Shown here: positions 52,963 through 60,348 of the stretch, one piece after another
How positions within the stretch are numbered: the first letter of the stretch is position 1
How the letters are laid out: each line of letters starts with the position of its first letter
Assembly: GCA_000004985.1 (NCBI GenBank)
Contig: GG738845.1
From: Naegleria gruberi
Lineage: Eukaryota
Strand: one strand, 5' to 3'
Length of the DNA stretch: 64,000 nt
The notes under the pieces: model-generated
The model's input: the letters and a program-made list of their open reading frames with translations, nothing else
What the model was told of the DNA's origin: nothing
Databases searched by the model: none
Position numbers and translations under genes: made by a program

Positions 52963-53718
52963 TTAATCGAATCTTCTTGACATTTTAGATTGTGGTGTTG
53001 ACAGTGTATTATTGGAAGGAGGAATAGTCACCGAAGGAGCATTATTACCAACTACTGTATTTTGTTGTAAAGTGGGTGGATTTGAATTAGTTGCTCCCAT
53101 TTTCAATGAGTTTATCATTTCTGGAGGAATAAAATCCATTAGTCTTGAATTATTTACCAAATTATAAGCAGCATCATCTTGTAAATCTCTTTCCTGTTGA
53201 ATAGTATTTCCCATTTTTGCAAGAGTTTCTTTCAACATATTACTAAATTCAACAACCATACTTTGCATTTTCTGTTTTTGTTCTTCAATTTCTCTTTGTT
53301 TTAATTCAATAATTTGATCTTTTTCCTTCTTAACTTCATGAAGAGCAACTTTAGCAAGATGTAACTGATCTGCTAAAGAGGTATTCTTTTGCTCACTCGT
53401 ATTTAATTTTTCAATTAAAGTTTTTTGCAGAGCTTTGTATTGTCTAATCATGTCCGAGGCAATATGAAATCTTTCCATCTTTTCCTTTTCAAAATCTTCA
53501 TCCAATTGAGATAATTTTGACTTCATTTCCATCTCGGAGGCTCTTGCCTTTTGCGTTTGTTCAGATCTTAATACCATATACCTTTCTAACGTTTCAATGC
53601 GTAGTTTTAATTTTTTAATTTCCTCCTTTTGTTCCTGTATTAAGTCAGCATCTGTTTTCTCTCCAGGTTTGCTGTTTTTGTTTCCCTTTTGATTTTTGCT
53701 AGGTGTTTTAGAAGACAT
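52963..53718 (-). CDS. Short coiled-coil flagellar protein, DRC12/CCDC153-like (DUF4515 family), 251 aa
   Basis: ATG at 53718..53716. The N-terminus is basic and continues into a coiled coil carrying the family hallmark IASDMIRQYKALQ (compare DMTRQYK.MQ in CCDC153/BBOF1) and a later MQSMVVEFSNMLKETLAKM segment. Its stop codon (52965..52963) lies 1 bp from the PHF5A stop. Confidence 0.5.
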   Translation of the reverse strand: MSSKTPSKNQKGNKNSKPGEKTDADLIQEQKEEIKKLKLRIETLERYMVLRSEQTQKARASEMEMKSKLSQLDEDFEKEKMERFHIASDMIRQYKALQKTLIEKLNTSEQKNTSLADQLHLAKVALHEVKKEKDQIIELKQREIEEQKQKMQSMVVEFSNMLKETLAKMGNTIQQERDLQDDAAYNLVNNSRLMDFIPPEMINSLKMGATNSNPPTLQQNTVVGNNAPSVTIPPSNNTLSTPQSKMSRRFD

Positions 53719-53762
53719 TGTTTGAAATCAATTTTTTTGAAAGAAGTGATTGAACAATAAAA

Positions 53763-53777
53763 ATAAAGGCGGGAGAG
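53763..53777. promoter_or_regulatory. E2F-like GC box (ATAAAGGCGGGAGAG; core GGCGGGA at 53768..53774), DRC12-like / IFT52 bidirectional promoter
   Basis: It lies 45-59 bp upstream of the DRC12-like ATG (53718) and 82-96 bp upstream of the IFT52 ATG (53859). Confidence 0.45.
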
Positions 53778-53820
53778 ATACCAGGACAGTTTGTAGAGTC
53801 AGTTTAAAATTCTGTTACAT

Positions 53821-53834
53821 TTTTGGCGGGAACA
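53821..53834. promoter_or_regulatory. E2F-like GC box (TTTTGGCGGGAACA; core GGCGGGA at 53825..53831), IFT52 / DRC12-like bidirectional promoter
   Basis: It matches the textbook E2F site TTTTGGCGGGAA. It lies 25-38 bp upstream of the IFT52 ATG (53859) and 57 bp from the other box, in the same orientation. Confidence 0.5.
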
Positions 53835-53858
53835 TAACTACAACAACAAAGAAAAAAA

Positions 53859-55385
53859 ATGACGGAAATACAATCAAAGGGTTCTGAACAGTCTTCAAAG
53901 ACAATAATGTTCAATGTTTGTAAGAATGAGTACGGAACACCTAAAAACAACTTACAAAAGCTCTATAAAAAACTAAGGATGGAATATAAAACGATAATGT
54001 AAGTGATGATGACAATACAATTTCTAAAGAGTCCTGCAAATAGCAATGAAGAGGATTTTAACCTTGAAAAATTAAAACAAGCGGATTTGGTAATATTTTG
54101 TGGCCCTAGGTTGAAGTTTACAGAGCAAGAGGTACGTAAATTAATTTGGAATTTTCATACCCAACAATTGTAGTTTGCTGCCATAGGACAATATATTAAA
54201 GAGGGAGGAAGCGTGCTATTCCAATTAGGAGAGGGAGGTGAACCAAGATTTGAAACTAATATTAACTATCTTTTAGAAGAATGGGGTGTTTTCATTAATT
54301 CCGATACTGTGATCAGAACATCCTTCTTTAAATATTACCATCCAAAGGAAGTTTGTGTACAAAAGGGTGTGCTTAACAGATCAATTAATAGAGAGGCTGG
54401 TAAAGGAAACGATCTTGGTAGTGATTTATCAGATCCAAACTCTCACCTTACATTCGTTTATCCATATGGAGCCACTTTAAATGTTGAAAGTCCATCAACT
54501 GCCATTCTTGCTTCTGGGCATATTTCATATCCTGTTAATAGACCTGTATGTGCCTTTTATTCCTCCAAAAATGACAAAGGGAGAGTAGCTGTTATTGGAA
54601 GTGTTCATTTATTTGATGATAAGTGGCTGGAAAAAGAGGAAAACTCAGTTCTTCAAGATGTAATTTTCAAATGGCTGTTGTTTGGATTTGATTTGAATCA
54701 GATTGATGCAACTTCACCAGAAGTTAATGATTATCAATTCCTTCCTGATTCCAAATCACTTTCTGAAAAGGTTAAACCATGTCTACAGGAGAGCGAGGAG
54801 CTGCCCATTGATTTTACAGAATTGTTTGTGGACAAGATGTTTAAATTTGATACTGATTTGATACCTGAGGCTGTTAATTTATATGCTCAACTTGGTGTGA
54901 AACATTCACCTCTTACTTTGATTCCACCTGCTTTTGAAACTCCATTGCCGAGTTTAAGACCTGCAGTTTATCCTCCTTCACTTCGAGAATTTGCCCCTCC
55001 AGAAATTGACCTTTTTGATTTGGATGAACAATTTGCCTCTGAAGATGTTCGTTTGGCTCAACTCACTAACAGATGTACAGATGAGGATGCTGATTATTTT
55101 ATTCAGAAGGCTGGAGAAATTGTTGGTGTTACCAAATTATTGAAATCTGAATATTCTTTCAGTGCAAAACATATTCTTGAATTAATGTTTAGACAGATAG
55201 TGCAATTCAAGAAGGTTAATCCAAGTAATGAAGACATTTTGCCATCACATTTGAGGCACAATAAGGTTCTTCCAAAGTTGGCAAAAAATATTGAAACCAT
55301 ATCAAACCCTGTAACAAATCCTCCAACACCAATTTCTTCTCCACTCAGAGGAGGAAATTTGAGTGATGATGAATATGTAGATTAA
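53859..55385 (+). CDS. IFT52: Intraflagellar transport protein IFT52 (IFT-B core), 479 aa, 3 exons
   Basis: join(53859..53998,54044..54131,54174..55385) is 1440 nt. The introns are 45 and 42 nt (GTAAGT...AAATAG and GTACGT...TTGTAG), and the phases close. The sequence is colinear with human IFT52: TIMFNVCKNE / TILFNAYKKE, CGPRLKFTEQEF / AGPREKFTAAEF, and LGEGGEPRFETNINYLLEEWGVFINSDTVIRTSFFKYYHPKE / LGEGGESRFDTNINFLLEEYGIMVNNDAVVRNVYHKYFHPKE. Confidence 0.9.
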
Positions 55386-55536
55386 AGATGTTAAAACTGT
55401 TTTAATATTACACTTATCCAACTTTGTATCTTTATTAATAATTATTGCTATTTTGCTATTTTCGTTTCAAAGCAGAAAAAATTCTTTTTTGGTCTTGTTG
55501 GTTATTAATATTTTGGCTTAAGACTCTTTAAAAAAA

Positions 55537-56295
55537 ATGCGTACACCATACATTGGAGGAAACTGGAAGTGCAACGGAACTGTTGAATCAATCAAACAAC
55601 TTGTCCAAGATTTAAATCAAGGACCTTCAACTGAAGGAAAAGTTGAAGTTATTGTTGCTCCATCATCTATCCACATTGGTCTTGTTCAATCACTTAACTT
55701 GAGAAAAGATTGGAAGATCAGTGCTCAAAATATTGTTCAAGAAAAGAACGGTGGAGCCTTTACTGGTGAAATCAGTGCTTCAATGTTGAAGGATTTAGGT
55801 ATCGATAGTACTCTTCTTGGTCATAGTGAACGTCGACATGTTTTTGGTGAGTCAAACACTGTTATTGCCAAGAAGGTAAAGGTTTCAGAGGAAGTTGGCT
55901 TGACAATTATTGGATGTGTTGGTGAAACTTTAGAAGAAAGGGAAAGAGGAGAAACCAATCAAGTCATTACCTCACAATTGAAGGATTTCAATGTTACTAA
56001 TTGGGACAAGTTTGTTATTGCTTATGAACCTGTATGGGCCATCGGAACTGGTAAAACAGCCTCTCCTCAACAAGCACAAGAAGCTCACAAGGTTTTGAGA
56101 GATTGGTTGGCTGATAATGTAAATTCCGAAGTTGCTCAAAAAGTCAGAATTATCTATGGTGGTAGTGTAAATAGTGCCAACTCTGATGAACTTATTAAGC
56201 AACCAGATATTGATGGATTCCTTGTTGGTGGTGCATCCCTCAAGAGCAAGGACTTCTTGTCAATTGTTAATTCTGGTTTGAAAAGTGTCGAATGA
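55537..56295 (+). CDS. TPI1: Triosephosphate isomerase, 252 aa
   Basis: ATG at 55537 and TGA at 56293..56295. Canonical TIM motifs are present: GGNWKCNG, catalytic His in LLGHSERR, catalytic Glu in AYEPVWAIGTGKTASPQQAQE, and IIYGGSV. Confidence 0.97.
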   Translation: MRTPYIGGNWKCNGTVESIKQLVQDLNQGPSTEGKVEVIVAPSSIHIGLVQSLNLRKDWKISAQNIVQEKNGGAFTGEISASMLKDLGIDSTLLGHSERRHVFGESNTVIAKKVKVSEEVGLTIIGCVGETLEERERGETNQVITSQLKDFNVTNWDKFVIAYEPVWAIGTGKTASPQQAQEAHKVLRDWLADNVNSEVAQKVRIIYGGSVNSANSDELIKQPDIDGFLVGGASLKSKDFLSIVNSGLKSVE

Positions 56296-56412
56296 CTCAA
56301 TTTAAGACAAAGTAAATTGTAATTTAAATTTTATTTACAATAGCTTCACATAATTTTTCATATTCAGAGCTGGTAGTTAAGGTTATTAGAATAATAACAA
56401 ATAATGCTCTAC

Positions 56413-59400
56413 TTACTTATTTTTGTGTTTAAACATGTTGAGGAAATTGAATCTGTAATCTTTGTTTTCCTTTAGGATAGTACTTAGTACACCAACATCA
56501 CAAAGGAGGGTTGCAATAAGGAGAGCATAGCCAATTGTTTCTCCTTCAACAAAACATTCTAATAAATGCTCTAGATCATTTTTCAAATCTGTTGTAATAT
56601 ATAATAGGTTTTGAGTGGTTGTAAAATATTCATGATTCAATAAGTGTTCGTTTTGTTTGGTATCTAACATATTGTTGACGGCTGACTTGTTGGCTCTTGG
56701 AATGTTGAAGGATTTGTGAATTTTGGAGAACATTTCCTCCCATGAGGGAGAATCTTCAATAAGTGTGGATGGGAATTTACCAGACTTGAGTTTCTCTCCA
56801 TCTTGTAACCATTTCTTCAAAGATACAGTCTTTATGGATCTCTCCAATTGGAGTAAGGCAAATAGATCACAACTTGTCATTAGTTCTCTCATCTGTATGG
56901 AAATGATACTTTCTACAATTGGATTATCTTCTTTCTCGGACATTTCAGTATTATCTTCAGCCTTTTTCTCCTCTTCTATTAAATTAATGAAACGCAAAAT
57001 GTCATTTGCTAATTCAAACTCTAATTGTGAGAGAGTAATGGTCAAGACTTGATATGAAAACTTCAAAACTTGATCAATACCTTCGGTGTGTTGTAATATT
57101 TTCAACATGTTAGCAGCTGAGTGTACGGATTTTTTATGGATGAAACTCTCAAACATAGCTAGAGGAGACTGTGGCAAACATTTGAAAATCTTGTCCCAAT
57201 GTACAATATCTGTTTTTCTCAAACAATTAACAACAATATCTAAAAGTGTTATTAATAATTTGTAATAAAGCTTACCATTAAATTGTGAAAAGTGGTGCAA
57301 GAAATTTACAACTTTCTGGAGGGAATCCCTCATATCTACTTTTACAAATTTGTGGTCCTCTTGTAATTTTTCAATTGATAAATAACTAGAGCTATCTGTA
57401 CTTCCCAAAGCACAATGTAGCATCCATTCCAAATTAGCAGTGAAGGAGGCCATTGGAGAATTTTGAAAGGCAGGTAAATTCTTGGTAAATGAAACCAACT
57501 TTTCATGATCCTCTTCCGAAGACTCAATCAAAAATCCTAATAAGAGGCCATGTATATAGGGGTACATTTTTGGTTGCATTTCATAATGAGGAAACCCCAG
57601 AGGATTTTCAAGAAACAAAATTTCACGACCACTAAATCTATGAGGAGAAAGATCTGAAATTTTGGTGGAAGACTTCTTCTTTTCTATAGGAGCACAAATT
57701 CTTTGTTTAACACTTTCTGATATTTGTAAAAAAACTCCAAACTCTTTTAACATTCCAATTGGCACACCCTCTGTATCGAAAGGGATTATATTTTTGACCT
57801 TGACATGGTTTAATTTTGGTAATTGTGAAAGATCTACAATTGATAAATCAGTTCCTCCTCTGCTCATTTTTCCATTAAAGGTAAAATAAACCATATTATC
57901 ACCAAACGATTTTTCTGTGTCAATCCAAATACCGTCAACTCCCCTCTCTAAGATGAGTTCCATTCTTGAACCATGTAATCTGAAGGCGCCAATATCTCCA
58001 TTCGTGTGTAAAAATATTAATCTGGTTGATGAGAGTAATTTAGTATTTTCAGAGGAATTGATACTACACCTAGAATGGCAAGAAACACTAATCATAGACT
58101 TTGGAGGTATTGAATGAAATTTAGACATGTCTATCACTTCAAGCTTTGTTAATGATACAGAAATACTATTATTATTACCATAGTCAATTGGGCATGTATA
58201 AATGTGTAGTGTCATTGATTCATCGTACATAAAAATCAAATGTACTAATTTCATTTGATTTTCTGTAATTCTTAACAATACAGATGTAGTATCAATAAAA
58301 AGAATATTTGAATTTGTAATTATACGCTTCTCTAATCTTGTTGTATCACTCAAGTGATGTTTTGGGTAGAGAAGTAATTCACTTTCACCAAGGTCATTTC
58401 TAGAAACAATTGCCAATACAATATTATCAATCCAAACCATTCCAATACAATTAATACAATACTCTTGTTCAAGATTTCCAAACATTCTCCACTTTTTAAC
58501 ATTTCCAGAATAAATTATACATCCTTTTCTTCCAGATAATGCTAAAGAATTACCATCAGGACTTGTAGCAACATTTTCTATAGGATAATTGAAACCAAGA
58601 TAGGAACGAGGTATTTCAAGAGGTTCCCAGTCAGCATTTACAAAATCAGTTCCAGAAGACATGTGAAATCTCAGTAATTTTTCGCTTGTTTGAAGTACAA
58701 CCTTAGAATTTTTACTTTGTGCAAAATTATTGGATAGAATACTCTTACAAAAAGTAAAATCAGCAAGGGTACTAGTACCATTAGAAACAGCAACGAGATG
58801 GCACCCGTCACTATTCCAAACAAGTGATCTGACACCAGATCCGAACGGTTCAATAAGCTTGTTTTTAGAAACATGTGTCTGATTGGTTTGAGACAGAATA
58901 CTACATGGTTCAATTCAATTGGTAAAAAAGTACTCACCTTTGCATTTCCTTTTCTGAAAATTGGGGTAAAGTTGTCATTATACAAATACCTGAAATGTGA
59001 AAAACAGCAAATCCCCTCTTACTGAATCCCACAGCTACCACTAAGCCATCATGGGGGCTGAAACATATGGATGCAACTGATCCAAGTTCTTTTCGTGTAG
59101 AAAAATACAGTTGTTAACATGATAGATTCATTACTAACCTTCATAGGTGAATCCTCTGTAGGCTAAAGAGAGACGAGATCTTTCAGTCAATTGATTGTTT
59201 TTTGCAATTTCAAAGAGAATAACCTGACTATTTTTACATCCAACAGCCAATAGATTATTTGCCTTATTAAATTGAACGCATACAGCCTCAAGATTTTCAA
59301 TAACTCGAAGAGTTCTAAGATTTTGTAAATCCATTGTCTTTTCTGAAATAATTATTAAAACTGCACCCAATTCTAACACAATAGCAAAAATATTATTATT

Positions 59401-60132
59401 GGTATTATAACTAAGGCTTTTGATAGACTTGATGAGAGAAATTCAACTCAAAATGTTATGAGAAACCTACAAGTAATCTGTCATCTTGCTCCACTAGTTT
59501 TTTTGATGTTGATGATAATTGTTGTAAAATAAAATCCGAGCCAATGTATTGGGAAAAGTTTTTTGATTTGCTCTTTTCAAATTCAGTTTTTGTAAAAAGT
59601 AAACCTCCAGTATTTGTTCCAATTATAATTCCAGTTTTTTTGTCTGATGCACATATCCCACCAATATTTCCATATTCACATTCCAACTCGGCATACTCGG
59701 AAATGTTTAATTTCTCATGAAAAGATGATGTATTATTTGTTCTTTGTTTGATATATTCTTGTTCATAGGAAGATCCAGATTGAACGGAATGTAGTTGATA
59801 TCCACTTATTTTAAAAACAAGTACTGAATTATTTGAAAGAGATACGATGAGTAGGGAATAGGAAGGGAATATCTTCCACAAAATATCGGCTTTTGGTAAA
59901 TATTTTACCTTTGCTCTATATTCTAAATGGTAACCATCCTATTTTCATTAAAATTGAATCACCATTTGCAAATAATTACCTGTTCAATTGTCCAAATAGA
60001 AATGTGTTTAGATGTTGCTACTGCCAACAAGGGTAAATTTTCGTTAAAAGCAACCCCACATATTTCCTCGTTTTCATCTATCCTGTCCACACATTTGATT
60101 GTGTTAACCCAACCAACAGGAAAGTGTACCAT
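56413..60132 (-). CDS. RIC1: RIC1 homologue (Rab6 GEF complex, WD40 plus RIC1 domain), about 1165 aa, 5 exons
   Basis: Minus-strand exons are 60132..59980, 59938..59467, 59372..59139, 59088..58938 and 58900..56413, totalling 3498 nt. Introns 59939..59979 (41 nt), 59089..59138 (50 nt) and 58901..58937 (37 nt) are clean. The exon 2/3 junction is ambiguous (see findings). The N-terminus MVHFPVGWVNTIKC resembles MYFLSGWPKRLLC. SYLGFNYPIENVATSPDGNSLALSGRKGCIIYSGNVKKWRMFGNLEQE matches human [76 protein letters not shown] matches [27 protein letters not shown]. Confidence 0.75.
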
Positions 60133-60213
60133 TTTTTTGATGATTTTTCATCACTTTCAAGAATGGTCCAAAAAACTGTGAGCTCATCCTACCTATAATT
60201 GATTTAAAAAATT

Positions 60214-60294
60214 CGCGGTCTACAGGATTCGAACCTGTGCGGGTCGCCCCAATTGATTTCTAGTCAATCACCTTAACCACTCGGTCAAGACCGC
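60214..60294 (-). tRNA. tRNA-Ser (anticodon AGA), class II with long variable arm, no intron
   Basis: The reverse complement folds by hand. Acceptor stem GCGGTCT pairs with AGACCGC, and the discriminator is G. The D arm is ACC-GAGTGGTTAA-GGT. The anticodon stem is ATTGA/TCAAT with loop CTAGAAA (anticodon AGA). The variable arm is TGGGGCGACCCGC. The T arm is ACAGG-TTCGAAT-CCTGT. Confidence 0.9.
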
Positions 60295-60348
60295 TTCATG
60301 ATGGCAAACAAACTAAAATTAATTGGTGAAAGGTATGAATTTTTACTT

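Noticed and set aside
59890-59908. An apparent GTAAAA...CCAAAAG intron of 19 nt in RIC1 exon 2
   Set aside because: It is far below the 37-nt minimum of every other intron here. The reading frame is open straight through it (…EYRAKVKYLPKADILWKIF…), so it is treated as coding.
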